A DNA stretch of 64,000 nt from Trypanosoma brucei (Eukaryota). This document shows, piece after piece, positions 32,530-42,818 of this stretch. Positions within the stretch are counted from its first letter, which is position 1. Each line of letters starts with the position of its first letter. The position numbers were made by a program, and so were the translations under genes. The stretch covers positions 2,624,001-2,688,000 of the forward strand of contig CH464491.1 in assembly GCA_000002445.1 (NCBI GenBank), read 5' to 3'. The notes under the pieces are model-generated. The model did no database searches. It was not told the origin of the DNA and saw only the letters and a list, made by a program, of their open reading frames with translations.

Positions 32530-35127
32530 ATGTCCCAGAGCCGTCATCTCAATAATTTTTTGTGCCTCAAAGGGAAGTTGTTAGAGGGCCGGTGTTTGTG
32601 TGCGCGTGGGAATCCAGAGTGTGCCCTTTTTTCGTTAAGACGCTCCAAGCGCCTGACCACATCGTGCATTTGTGCGTGTGACGAGAGGTTTGCTTTGACT
32701 GAGGCTGTGGCTGTGGAAATGTCCCTCAACCGCAAGTATAGCAGTGCGAAGGACCGTGGGCCCACTATTGTTATCCCTAACATACCAAAAATTACTGACA
32801 TACGGTCTCGTGGGAAGCTTATGTGTGAGTATGAGAAATATGAAGCGGAGTTATTCAAGCACCACCTTGGCCCGCCGGACACAACGTGCACAATGAGCGT
32901 CAAGCAGGCTCCTACGGATTTCGATAGACGCGTCCCGGGGATGGATGAGCCAACAGCAGCCGATCTCCTCCACGAAAGACGCAAGACTCGAGGTGGGGCC
33001 AGGTGGGGATTGGAGAAAAGATTTGGAGCACCCGTTTTCGCAGCAGGTGGCACTGGGGGAAACACTAGCACAAAGCAACAAGCTGCTGGTAGGCATGGGA
33101 GTGTGCCATACTCTGCAGCGGATGGAGGAAATAGTAGGGGGGCACTACCCGCGGTACCATCGGTGACACCCCTAGATGTTTCTACTAATAATCCTCCCAA
33201 TCAGCAGGGCACTGCTGGTAATAACCGAGATAATACGTCAACGTACTCACCATTGTCAATACGCGCGCCTGAAGAGGACCCTGAGGATGTGCTTTCTTCA
33301 TCAGCGAGAAGGAGGGGAACAAAAGGACAAAGGGTTTCGCTTCAGGTACCGCGGCGACCACCACAAGGTGCTGATCCTACGGTGAAAATCGAGGAAGCGG
33401 AGGGGAAGGAGCCTTTAGGCCGTACGCAAGAGGGGAAGTCCAAAGGGGGCCGGCGGTTTCGTAGTTTGCCGAGACGGGCACCGCTTCGTGTGCAGTCTCC
33501 TTTGTTTGATACAGAGTTTTTGGCTCCTGGAGGTTGTAATTGGACTGTGTGTACGGGACAGGACTACTCTTCGTGGAACGCTGAGCATTGCGCGGAGGTT
33601 TTACGTGTCCTCCTGAAACCCCCACCGGAGTATGGTGAATCCTTCAAAGTAGACATGAGCCACACAGACCTTCGCTGGATGTGGAACGGACGTATGCCCA
33701 AGAACTTCACATCATTGCAGTCATGGCGAGTAGAAGAAGTGAAGGGCAGAGTTGTTCCTGTTGTCAATTCACCGCGCTCCGCTCTTGTAATGCTGCGCTG
33801 TGGTATCACAGTTCCAGACTTGTTAGTTCACGAGATAGGGGATGACGCTCCACTTCTTCCAACGGACCCTGAGGACCGTACAATGGTGAAGAGTATTCGT
33901 ATGAAGCAACATAAAGCATCAGTTATATCAATCTTGGAGCAGGTGCGAAATGAGTACTGCTCGTTATGTTGCGCAGTAAGCCTCCCGGATCTAGTTGAGG
34001 CGTTTCGTAGGAAGCGGCAGGTCAATATTGAGGTGGCTAAGTCTGCAATGATACGGGATGCTCTGGAGAAGCAGAAGCGCTTGTTTGAGTGTGCCGAGAG
34101 GAAGTTAGAGGTTGAGGCTAACCGTGCAAAGAACTTACAAGAGCGGGAGCGATTGATAGAACTCCGGAACGAACGACTACAGGAAATGATGATGGAGAAG
34201 GTACGACGCAAGAGGGAAGAGGATCTCATCGCGCAGCAAAACGCTGCTGCTCGAATCAAGCTTCAGCAAGAACGTAATGCCGAACGGGAGAAGGAATATC
34301 AGCGGGAGTTGCAGGAACGGCTTGAACGCGCCGAGGAACGGACCGCCAGGCAGCAGGCTGCGCGGGACCACCTGTTGGAACAGCGTCGTATTCGGCGGAA
34401 GAAAAATGCTGAGGAGCGGCAGGCACGAATAGAACGTATGGCAGAGATGCAGGAGCAGCAAAGTGAAATACTCAGGCGGAAGTATGAGGAGAGGGATGCA
34501 AAAGTACAGCTTGTGCAAGAGGAACGAGAACGCAAACAACGGGAGGCACAAGAATTACTTGCCGCGAGGGCCGCCAAATCGCAAGAGTTGAGGGAGCAGG
34601 CGCGTCAGCGAGCCCTGCTGCGCGAAGAAGAGGTGCGCCAGGCCGCGCTTGGACAGCAACAAGAGGTGGAGAACCGTCTGCGGCAGCTCACTAAGCAACG
34701 GGAGGAGGAGGTTGCGGAGCGTGCGAAGAAAGAGGCCGAGAAGCGAGAGCGTTTGAAGGGCGTGCTTACGTTGACCGCAGAGAAGCAAATCAGTCTAAAG
34801 GAGGTATCTTTGAAGAAGCAGGAAAAATTCAAGGAACGCCATGATGAGATTCAGCGCCACCAGGCGGAAGAAATCATGCTTAAACGCGAGCGTGAGCGAG
34901 ATCTCATGGAGGCAAAAGCCTTTGCCGTGCTTCAAAAGAAACGTGTCGCTGAATTTAACAAAGTAGAGGTGGTATTGCAACTAATTGCTAAGCGTGAGGC
35001 AACCGAAGCTCTCGAAACTCAGCGTGAGATGCTCCTCCGCGAGAACTTTAAGAATCATGCAACCTTGACACAACACAGGAAATCGTTGAAGGAGGATATT
35101 GCTAGAAAAAAGTCACTACAGGGATAA
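32530..35127 (+). CDS. large coiled-coil protein with extended E/R/K/Q-rich helical region (865 aa as called; start may be Met at 32719)
   Basis: ~230 residues of uninterrupted charged heptad-free ER/K sequence (RERLIELRNERLQEMMMEKVRRKREEDLIAQQNAAARIKLQQERNAEREKEYQRELQERLERAEERTARQQ..); Ser/Pro/Gly-rich low-complexity N-terminal third. Confidence 0.7.
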   Translation: MSQSRHLNNFLCLKGKLLEGRCLCARGNPECALFSLRRSKRLTTSCICACDERFALTEAVAVEMSLNRKYSSAKDRGPTIVIPNIPKITDIRSRGKLMCEYEKYEAELFKHHLGPPDTTCTMSVKQAPTDFDRRVPGMDEPTAADLLHERRKTRGGARWGLEKRFGAPVFAAGGTGGNTSTKQQAAGRHGSVPYSAADGGNSRGALPAVPSVTPLDVSTNNPPNQQGTAGNNRDNTSTYSPLSIRAPEEDPEDVLSSSARRRGTKGQRVSLQVPRRPPQGADPTVKIEEAEGKEPLGRTQEGKSKGGRRFRSLPRRAPLRVQSPLFDTEFLAPGGCNWTVCTGQDYSSWNAEHCAEVLRVLLKPPPEYGESFKVDMSHTDLRWMWNGRMPKNFTSLQSWRVEEVKGRVVPVVNSPRSALVMLRCGITVPDLLVHEIGDDAPLLPTDPEDRTMVKSIRMKQHKASVISILEQVRNEYCSLCCAVSLPDLVEAFRRKRQVNIEVAKSAMIRDALEKQKRLFECAERKLEVEANRAKNLQERERLIELRNERLQEMMMEKVRRKREEDLIAQQNAAARIKLQQERNAEREKEYQRELQERLERAEERTARQQAARDHLLEQRRIRRKKNAEERQARIERMAEMQEQQSEILRRKYEERDAKVQLVQEERERKQREAQELLAARAAKSQELREQARQRALLREEEVRQAALGQQQEVENRLRQLTKQREEEVAERAKKEAEKRERLKGVLTLTAEKQISLKEVSLKKQEKFKERHDEIQRHQAEEIMLKRERERDLMEAKAFAVLQKKRVAEFNKVEVVLQLIAKREATEALETQREMLLRENFKNHATLTQHRKSLKEDIARKKSLQG

Positions 35128-35815
35128 ACCGGGCCAGTCAGCAACAGCAACAAAAAGTGGTAATACGCCGGCTAGCGGATAGGAAGGTGTGGCTGTGGTA
35201 CCAATCCCTGTTCTGGAGCGGAAGGGTCTCCAAACTCTGATGCTTGTCGATCACGATGAATGGTGTAGTATTTGTTATGTAATTAGAAAGCAAGGAAGGA
35301 TGAAGGGAGAAGACATATATTAAAAGTTTTTTTTTTGTGTGTTAGGGCAGGTGTATTTTCCACTTGGTCCGCACCGAGAAGAGTGTTTTGAGCACATACC
35401 AGAGAAATGTTTGTGAAGGATATGTATATCTGTTCGTCCATTCGCTTTTACTTATTTTGTACATTTTTCTTATTTCGTGCTTATTTATTTAAAAACTCCG
35501 TCGTACCCAGCGTTTCAAGTTCTCCATTGGTCGATGTCGGCTACGAGTAACGCTTAGAGGGCTATTTGATGCTGTTCTCCTCTCTCCGCAGTCTTTGCTG
35601 TTTGCAGGACTGGACTTGATTACCTTTTGAAGGACGTGCTGCGGAGGCCTTGAATCCGCCGCGGGTAAACCGTTGCTGTGGAATATTGTGCGTAGGAGTC
35701 GTGAAGGTAAACGATGTACATCGCGGTGTTTTTATCCTTGTGTATTATTTATTTTCTTAGATTGAGGTTACAAGCAATCTCTCACAGGTGGAGAGCATAG
35801 TTTCACAGTACTACA

Positions 35816-36790
35816 ATGACAGACATGGAACTTGTGGAAGCTTTAAATGCAACGGAGGTGCCTATTGCACGGGCAGTTTTTCTTATGATTTCTGCAGTTC
35901 AAGACGCAGACGCCGGTGACAACAAAACTTGGTCGTGTTGTCATCCCGACCGGAGTCCAGCTGCGTCGCCGGGCTCAACGACCGGATGGAGGTCGCTTCG
36001 TGAAAGTCCATCGGGACCTGCAGTTATTGAGGTGTGTTACAATGATGGCGCTGACAGTTTTTTGACAGTTAAATGGGTTCCTATGGACAAAACTCATTTG
36101 GTGATGATTACCCAGCGGAGTGATAGGGAACGGTCACACCAACCCCTAAACACGTCATTTTGCATTGAAGATGAACCCCTTGCCTCACTTGTTTTAGGGC
36201 AGCAAACGGGATCGGGGGCTTCAGCGGCAGCAATGTGGACTGCTGAGAGTCTCGGGTCAGCTCTTCACCGACTGCGTTGTTTGCTTCAGTCTGCAATCGG
36301 CAATACCGGTCGTGGTTCCGAGCAGAATGAGAAGTTTTCTGCAGCGCAAGACAGTGACTGTGGACGGGAATTGCCGAGCCCGCGGGAGACGCAACCTCGT
36401 CCTCTTGAATTCCACTGCGGTGGACCCGCCCCTCCTCCTTCCCCTCCCGTGCCTTCCCAAGGCAGTTTGCTATTTGCGGGAGTGGTCCCGCGTCCTCCCG
36501 GCGCCCGTTACGGCGAAGCGGATCTCATCCCCGGTGGTGGAGGTTTTGGTATGGGTGGCGGCATGATGCTCGGCCGTGAAGCCTTCCAAGGCTCGCATAT
36601 AGTCCCTGCTCGCTACAATCCAATGTTTCCGGGCGATGTCCCGCCTAGGGTGCGGCCTCCTGGTCGGTACGGTTCAACGTTTCCTGGGGAACCCGATCCT
36701 GACAACTTTTTGCCCCCAGGTGGCCCGGCTTTTAGTTCCAGTTTTGGACCCGGACGAATGAACGGTTTTGGCGGACATTTTTACCGTTGA
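35816..36790 (+). CDS. hypothetical protein (324 aa) with Pro/Gly-rich C-terminal tail
   Basis: + ORF; C-terminal ~110 aa low complexity (PPPSPPVPSQ.., GGGFGMGGGMMLG, PGG repeats). Confidence 0.5.
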   Translation: MTDMELVEALNATEVPIARAVFLMISAVQDADAGDNKTWSCCHPDRSPAASPGSTTGWRSLRESPSGPAVIEVCYNDGADSFLTVKWVPMDKTHLVMITQRSDRERSHQPLNTSFCIEDEPLASLVLGQQTGSGASAAAMWTAESLGSALHRLRCLLQSAIGNTGRGSEQNEKFSAAQDSDCGRELPSPRETQPRPLEFHCGGPAPPPSPPVPSQGSLLFAGVVPRPPGARYGEADLIPGGGGFGMGGGMMLGREAFQGSHIVPARYNPMFPGDVPPRVRPPGRYGSTFPGEPDPDNFLPPGGPAFSSSFGPGRMNGFGGHFYR

Positions 36791-36946
36791 CGGTCCTGGT
36801 GAGTAGTTTTCCTTCAGTGTTGTTTTTATTGGCTTAGGTGTCTGGGCCTAGCAAACCACCACATGATTTCATTCCTTTTCTGTGTGCTCCATTCTTTGCT
36901 TCGCTGAATGTGTGGGATAGACTGATCCGTTTTCACCTCCTCACTG

Positions 36947-37828
36947 TTGGTTGTTGTACACCTCTCCACTACGTTTCCCCTCATTTCTTCAACATCATCG
37001 ATTCTTCTAGACCTAGAGATGGTGTCGTACGCCTCTGCATTGACAAAGGATGGCCGCAAACGCGCTCCGCGACCACTTTTTGGCGTTAACATTGTGAAGC
37101 CATTTCCGTGGGTGCGTGTCGTGCTGGGCCTTGGCGCAGTGGCCTTCCTTACCCGACGGGAGTACAATGCAAGGTATCAAGTATCACCCCGTGATCAGTT
37201 CCTGCGCAAGGTTGTTGTCGTGCCATACGGCGTTCTTGGTATGCAGATGACTCTACAAGGTGGCCTTGTACGGGCTGGCAGTGAGCCGGACGAAAGCACG
37301 TTTATTGTGGACCCGGCCAACTTGCGCCACATCTTCACGACGGCGGTGGGCGCAACCGGCGCCTCTGGGGCGATCTACAACATGTTAGGTCTTCGTGGTC
37401 CGTTTCCCGATGAGGTGGTGCAGGCCATTTCCCGTGTGTGTGACACCAAATTTTACAAATACGGCGAGAGGGCTAACGTCATTCACGTGGTTGACCCCGA
37501 TTTCCGTGAGGGTGCCTGGTCAGAGCGCGAGGCAGCAGTTGAGCTTTCACGTGCATACCGAAATGTGTTTCACGAGTTCGTAAGAGGTGATGGAGATGTG
37601 TTGCGTGTGCCGCCGCTATCGAGTGGTGTGCTTTCTGGCTCACTTTACAACCAGCTTCCCATCATAACACAGTCTGCGGTAGCTATGGCCTTTGAGCAGT
37701 TACATACGTTTGATCGTGAATATCTGTTGCGCCGCGACAAGCAGGTTGAGTTGTGCGTGTTTATGAACAGAGAGTGGGATATGTACCAGAATGTCTTCAA
37801 GAACTGCACGCAGCCCTCCAAATTGTAG
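36947..37828 (+). CDS. macro-domain-like protein (ADP-ribose-binding fold), tentative
   Basis: NVIHVVDPDF.. and ..VLRVPPLSSGVLSGSLY.. resemble the macro-domain blocks (VIHtVGP.. / ..iAFPaIstGiyGyP). Predicted N-terminal TM segment (VVLGLGAVAFL). Recognition is by eye only. Confidence 0.5.
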   Translation: MVVVHLSTTFPLISSTSSILLDLEMVSYASALTKDGRKRAPRPLFGVNIVKPFPWVRVVLGLGAVAFLTRREYNARYQVSPRDQFLRKVVVVPYGVLGMQMTLQGGLVRAGSEPDESTFIVDPANLRHIFTTAVGATGASGAIYNMLGLRGPFPDEVVQAISRVCDTKFYKYGERANVIHVVDPDFREGAWSEREAAVELSRAYRNVFHEFVRGDGDVLRVPPLSSGVLSGSLYNQLPIITQSAVAMAFEQLHTFDREYLLRRDKQVELCVFMNREWDMYQNVFKNCTQPSKL

Positions 37829-38160
37829 GGCAGGCCCAATAGGTTAGACTGTCTAGACGTCGCTGCCTGTGTTGGGCGGGTGCTGCGTTTCTGCTGATGG
37901 TCAGTTTGTGAGAGGGGAAACCATATGTTGGGTTTATTAGCAAAGCGGTGTATGCGGACTTTGCAGGACGTTAGTACTATCATTTACAACATTACTCTAG
38001 CTGTAGTTTTTAACTTTCTCTCACACGTTGTTAGTCTATTACCGTTATTATTATTTTTTTTGTGGTGGTGTTAGTTTATATTTGTTCTTAACGAGTGCTG
38101 TTTAACTGTTTTTTTTTTTAAAACCAACGAAGTGGTGTGTTTGTTGCGCACATTTGTGTG

Positions 38161-38175
38161 TATATATATATATAT
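38161..38175. repeat. (TA)7 microsatellite preceded by (TG)3
   Basis: Read directly. Confidence 0.85.
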
Positions 38176-38694
38176 GTTTGTTCACTGTTAGCTCTGCGGG
38201 GCAGCCAAACGGAGGGTGCGGTATAGTTACTTGCCTTTCTTTGTTCCTTGTATGGGTTGACGTTGACCCGGAGCTATTACAAGTTGGTTGTGTGTCTTCT
38301 TCAGTGCAACAAAGGTATGCGTGTGTAATTATTATCTTTTTTTGGTGCGTTTATTAAAGGCATTCCTTCACTTTCTCATACACACTTCTTGCACTTTGTT
38401 GCGGTAGCCACTGCTGTCTTGTTTAGTCTGGTCCCTTGGGTGTTGACCAGAGAGAGTTGCAGTGCGCTCTTAGACACAGAGGGGGAGTTTTATCACGATA
38501 TCACCACTCTTGTCTTCACACGGTTCCATCCAGTACTGTGATAGCGGACTGGAGGCACGTGACAAATCCACACTCTTGTGCGTGTGTGCTTATCCGTGGT
38601 GTATATAGGCATACACTAATCTGGTGAAGCTTCTATTAGCCACTGGGAGCAAAGTTAAGGTTTTAGTCAGAAGGGGACATCATCTACTAGTAGT

Positions 38695-41600
38695 GTGGGT
38701 CATAGAACGCGGGTAGGTATGGAGCGAAGGAGGTTGTTGCACGATGGTCGGTGGTTTACTCCGCCAGTCCTATACGGTAGTGCGCGGCGTGGTTTGAAGA
38801 CGCTTGATGTTCGCGAGTATCGGCCGCTTGCGATGCCGATAGAGTTCCGATTTTACCAACGGTACGCAAATCATCCGAATCGGCAGTCTGGCATACAATT
38901 TCTCACCCACTACAATACCCATCAGAGGTTTCGTGTTAACAAAGACTACATTGACTACATGCACTGGGGAAAAGAGCAGGGGCAAGCTAGACTTCCACAT
39001 CGTCACCAGCGTGTAGCATTCGACTTTAACGACCAGTTGCACCCGACGCGCATTGGGACTCCAGAGGATGGTGGTAATGCCAACCACTGCTATCCCGAGG
39101 ATGGGGAAGACGGCTCATACGCATGGTTTGCTTCACAGGACCCAACGTTTGGACACCACCCCGACTTGAGTTCATCATTTGACCCTAACTATCGGGTTTT
39201 CTCGCACCCAGAGCATTGGAACAAAATGTTCACGAAGCGACGGCCAGGTGAAGGTGATATTGATCTCAGTGTGCTTCCGTCACGCAGTTTATTGGGGCCG
39301 CTAATGGCACATTCTGATACTAAAGGAATTCCATACTTTAAGGTAGACAACCGGGGACACAGTAACGGGAGAGTACCGGGTGTTAACGCTCCATTTTTTG
39401 GTGAATTTGATCAGAAGATGATGCAAGCCATGTCACGTCCACTCAACGCAAACCGCACTATCACTGGCAACGATGGGCGTTTCTCAAAGACCATTATGAT
39501 AAACGAACCCCAATGTAATCAAGCGTTGAGTGCTAAGACGGCTAGTGAGTTGAGCAAGGAGATTGACAAGGCAACGAATGCTGTGTACTCGAAGCTTAGT
39601 GTTCTTGAAGCTGCTCAGTCAGGTCTTACTGATTACTTCTGTGGGGGTCTCAACTTTGAGATTGTTGGGTTTGAGCTGCACATGGCGGCGATGTTGCGTG
39701 AGCGCGCAGCAGCCATTCTTGAGAGAAGTGGTGCTGGAGGACTGCCGAGCGCTTCATCGGCAACGCTGTCATCGTCTTCGACAACCAGAAGATGTGCTAT
39801 GCTTTTGGAGAAAGCGGACGAACGTGAAGTAAACAAGTTGCTGCGGGACGCCTCAAGGTACGAGGATCGTGTAGATGATGCCCTCCGCCAGCACGCGTCA
39901 CTCATATGGCGTGTATACACTGCGCCCCGCCCCCTTATGACGTTGACTAACGGCAAGTGCCGCGGCACTGGGTGTGGTCTATCTCTCTTCGCGAAGTATT
40001 GCGCCCTTAAGGATTCTTCAGAGTTTATATTTGATGGCCCTAACGTGGGCATTACACCGTACGGCGGTATGACGCGCCTGCTCGCGCGACCCGAAACGTC
40101 TCTCAAGTATCCGGGGTTGGCGGAGTTTGTTGTTTTGACCGGCGCTTCTCTTTTCGCTGGTGACGCACTGAGGCTGGGGTGGACTGACCTCTTCACAACT
40201 ATTCCTGATATGACTTACCACATCAAAGAATGGTTCGACACAACCGAGCATATGCACAACGATGCCGTTGCGTGGCAGCTTGGGCACTTGTTGGAGACGT
40301 GCTTCAAGATGAAAGAATCACATTCTTCCGCAATGGAGCGCGCGGCAATAACCCCTACAAGGGCGCGTTGGGTAGAGGATGCCTTTGCTGATCAACCATC
40401 AGTCAATGACATCATGAGGACCCTAACAGAAATTGAACAACTGCCATTTCAGTCGACCCACAACACAAGTGACGAGTCTCATATCACACCCTACACACTA
40501 GGGAGCGTAGCAGCTGGTGTGCAGCGATTGGGCGAACATCGCCTGCGGTACACACTTTCCCCGTGGGACATTACGCCTCCAGAAGATAGTGTGGTGTTGA
40601 AGCACACGTCGGAGATGTTCAGGGCGTACGTGTTGGAGCGACGCGGGGCGACGGATGTCGTAACTCACCGTGATGCGGAGAGGGCTGCTGCTTGGAGTCA
40701 GCAGAGGCAAAGGGAGTATGATGCTTACTGCAGTCTGAAGGAGGCGCCGCATCCGCGGCATGTGTATGCGCGTCTTGAAGGGTGTGAGGGGAAGATCGTA
40801 TCGTTTGAGTTTGTTTTCGAGATAAGTTGTAGAAGGAGTGGGCCACAAGGTACTGACGAAGTCCTCCAAGCTACCACAATTAGCCGACTGAAGAGTCGGA
40901 TATTGGATGCGCTTGGTATGCCCCGGGATCGGAACATCGATTTGGGTTGGTACCTTCCGACATTGGACACATGCCCTATTCATAGCGACGAGGAGTTGAT
41001 GCAAGTCCTGCATACGGATCCGGGCATCGAGGATCCGAAAGAAAAACTGAGGTACCCACCCATCTATTTTATTGTGAAGCGCTGTACCCTGTACTTCTCT
41101 GAGTGGGCCTATGCTGTGAAACACCAGTTGTTGCTGCAGTCTCCTTTTGCGCTCCGGGCGGCGTTTGGGTTGCTGCAGGAAGTGCGCGGGGATGGCGCGG
41201 CAGAGAATGTTATGCCGCTCGCAGAAACGCTAGGAACGGAGTTCAAGTATTTTACGCGGCTCATGCGTCGACCCGACTTTTACCGTGTAGGAGTTCATAC
41301 GGACAAATCTGTGGAGAAATGGGAAGAAATCAAGGAGGAGCGGCGGCATAATATCCACCACACTCACAGACCAACGCGTCCGCTTCCTGACTTCGAGGAG
41401 GTTTTCGAACGTGATGTTGAAATTGATGGGCATCGGTTTGTACTGCGGCCGCGCTGGAACCCTCGTACGCTACAGGATGTGGACGACTCCGACATCTTGC
41501 GGTTGCGGGCACCACTAACGTACGATATGGATTCCACGGCCGCTCTCCACGTTCCCACTCACTGCGGTAAAGCCTCCCGACTCGCTGGAATGCTGCAAGA

Positions 41601-42354
41601 CGCAGGAGGCGTCCAAGTTTTGGATGGTCTTGGCGAGGTAGACGACAAGGGGGAACCTAAAGTACCGCCGCTGCAGAGCAATGCATCTGTGCCGACAAAT
41701 GTTAGCTTTTATGAGATGGCGCGGCACCCATGGGAAGACAGGGCGTCGTCGTGGCGTCGTGACGGCTTCACTGAGGGATCACTTGAGTATTTTGAGTCCC
41801 AATACCGTTCTGCAGAGCGAGCTGTTTACGATGAAGAGGGTCGAGGCGTGCGGAATTACTGGCCTTCGCGTGATGCCGTTGAGGGTATTGCGCAAGAGGA
41901 AGAGAATGACGCACAGCTACTGCAAGAGCGCCTTTTCAACACACTTGAAACTGCAGGTACAAGCGTGGAACCATGGGCCCGTAATCTTCGGCTCAATGCA
42001 ACCACAGGAAAGTTCGGATACAAAACTGAGATTGCGACACAGGAAGAGAAGATATACGACGATGAGTATTACCGCTGGTTCATTCAACCCGGACGCCACC
42101 CGAACCCCAGTGGCCTCACCCTCAACGGCAGGAAGGGACAGTTCGAAGAAGGTCACTCTCGCGATGAAGAACTTGAGCGCATGTGGCGCAAGGTTGTTGC
42201 CGATGGAAACAACGACTTTGCTGCAACGACTTCCGGAATGCCCGTGTATGACGGGGACGCCAAAAACGCGGAAGATAGCTATGCTGCGGGTGATGATGTC
42301 GACGTGGTGACGACTGACGCCAATGTGCCGGTGGATGGGGACGATAGCAGCTGA
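38695..42354 (+). CDS. large protein (1219 aa) with central enoyl-CoA hydratase/isomerase (crotonase)-fold domain
   Basis: aa ~395-520: RPLMTLTNGKCRGTGCGLSLFAKYCALKDSSEFIFDGPNVGITPYGGMTRLLARPE.. LTGASLFAGDALRLGWTDLF mirrors ECH/HIBYL-CoA hydrolase motifs (GGG..la...d.r.a.e.a.f..pE..lGl.P..Ggs..L.r). Arg-rich N-terminus; long flanking extensions. Confidence 0.7.
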   Translation: MGHRTRVGMERRRLLHDGRWFTPPVLYGSARRGLKTLDVREYRPLAMPIEFRFYQRYANHPNRQSGIQFLTHYNTHQRFRVNKDYIDYMHWGKEQGQARLPHRHQRVAFDFNDQLHPTRIGTPEDGGNANHCYPEDGEDGSYAWFASQDPTFGHHPDLSSSFDPNYRVFSHPEHWNKMFTKRRPGEGDIDLSVLPSRSLLGPLMAHSDTKGIPYFKVDNRGHSNGRVPGVNAPFFGEFDQKMMQAMSRPLNANRTITGNDGRFSKTIMINEPQCNQALSAKTASELSKEIDKATNAVYSKLSVLEAAQSGLTDYFCGGLNFEIVGFELHMAAMLRERAAAILERSGAGGLPSASSATLSSSSTTRRCAMLLEKADEREVNKLLRDASRYEDRVDDALRQHASLIWRVYTAPRPLMTLTNGKCRGTGCGLSLFAKYCALKDSSEFIFDGPNVGITPYGGMTRLLARPETSLKYPGLAEFVVLTGASLFAGDALRLGWTDLFTTIPDMTYHIKEWFDTTEHMHNDAVAWQLGHLLETCFKMKESHSSAMERAAITPTRARWVEDAFADQPSVNDIMRTLTEIEQLPFQSTHNTSDESHITPYTLGSVAAGVQRLGEHRLRYTLSPWDITPPEDSVVLKHTSEMFRAYVLERRGATDVVTHRDAERAAAWSQQRQREYDAYCSLKEAPHPRHVYARLEGCEGKIVSFEFVFEISCRRSGPQGTDEVLQATTISRLKSRILDALGMPRDRNIDLGWYLPTLDTCPIHSDEELMQVLHTDPGIEDPKEKLRYPPIYFIVKRCTLYFSEWAYAVKHQLLLQSPFALRAAFGLLQEVRGDGAAENVMPLAETLGTEFKYFTRLMRRPDFYRVGVHTDKSVEKWEEIKEERRHNIHHTHRPTRPLPDFEEVFERDVEIDGHRFVLRPRWNPRTLQDVDDSDILRLRAPLTYDMDSTAALHVPTHCGKASRLAGMLQDAGGVQVLDGLGEVDDKGEPKVPPLQSNASVPTNVSFYEMARHPWEDRASSWRRDGFTEGSLEYFESQYRSAERAVYDEEGRGVRNYWPSRDAVEGIAQEEENDAQLLQERLFNTLETAGTSVEPWARNLRLNATTGKFGYKTEIATQEEKIYDDEYYRWFIQPGRHPNPSGLTLNGRKGQFEEGHSRDEELERMWRKVVADGNNDFAATTSGMPVYDGDAKNAEDSYAAGDDVDVVTTDANVPVDGDDSS

Positions 42355-42720
42355 AGAGTACAAAATGGGGGATAGTGAAGGCGGAATTATCGAAATGAGC
42401 GCACGGTAGCAAAAAAAAAGTGTGGAGGTGCGTAGGAAGATGAATGAAGGTGTCGTTAAGAGAATAGGATGGAGGGATGTGAGGCAGGCGCTTTGTGTTT
42501 GTGGATCACTGCTATAGGCACCGAGACGGAGGGGGCCGCGCGTCATGCACCAATGTGTGAGGGTGAGGAAGAGTGTGTTTACTCACGCTGCGATATTCCT
42601 CCCTTCTCTGTGCGCGCTAACCTCTTCTTTAATAGCATTTCCCTGTCCACCTTTCTCTGCATTCGCGTCCAGTCTCATTTTGGTTTGGCTGTGTTACCCT
42701 TAAAGTAACCCAGCACCGTC

Positions 42721-42799
42721 TCTGCTGTTCCTGTCTATGTTTTTTTCCTCTTTTTTGTAAACCTTAACACATTTTTCTTTTTGCTGAATGGGTTGACGT
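42721..42799 (+). promoter_or_regulatory. polypyrimidine tract + AG upstream of RPL22
   Basis: tctgctgttcctgtctatgtttttttcctcttttttgtaaaccttaacacatttttctttttgctg..gtAG, 20 nt before ATG 42819. Confidence 0.5.
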
Positions 42800-42818
42800 A
42801 GGGGAGAGAAAAGAGAAT

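Noticed and set aside
34177-34832. Leu/Phe/Ser-rich minus-strand ORFs under the ER/K-rich coiled-coil gene
   Set aside because: These are the reverse complement of GAA/GAG/CGN/AAG-rich codons, so they automatically give L/F/S-rich stop-free frames; not coding.
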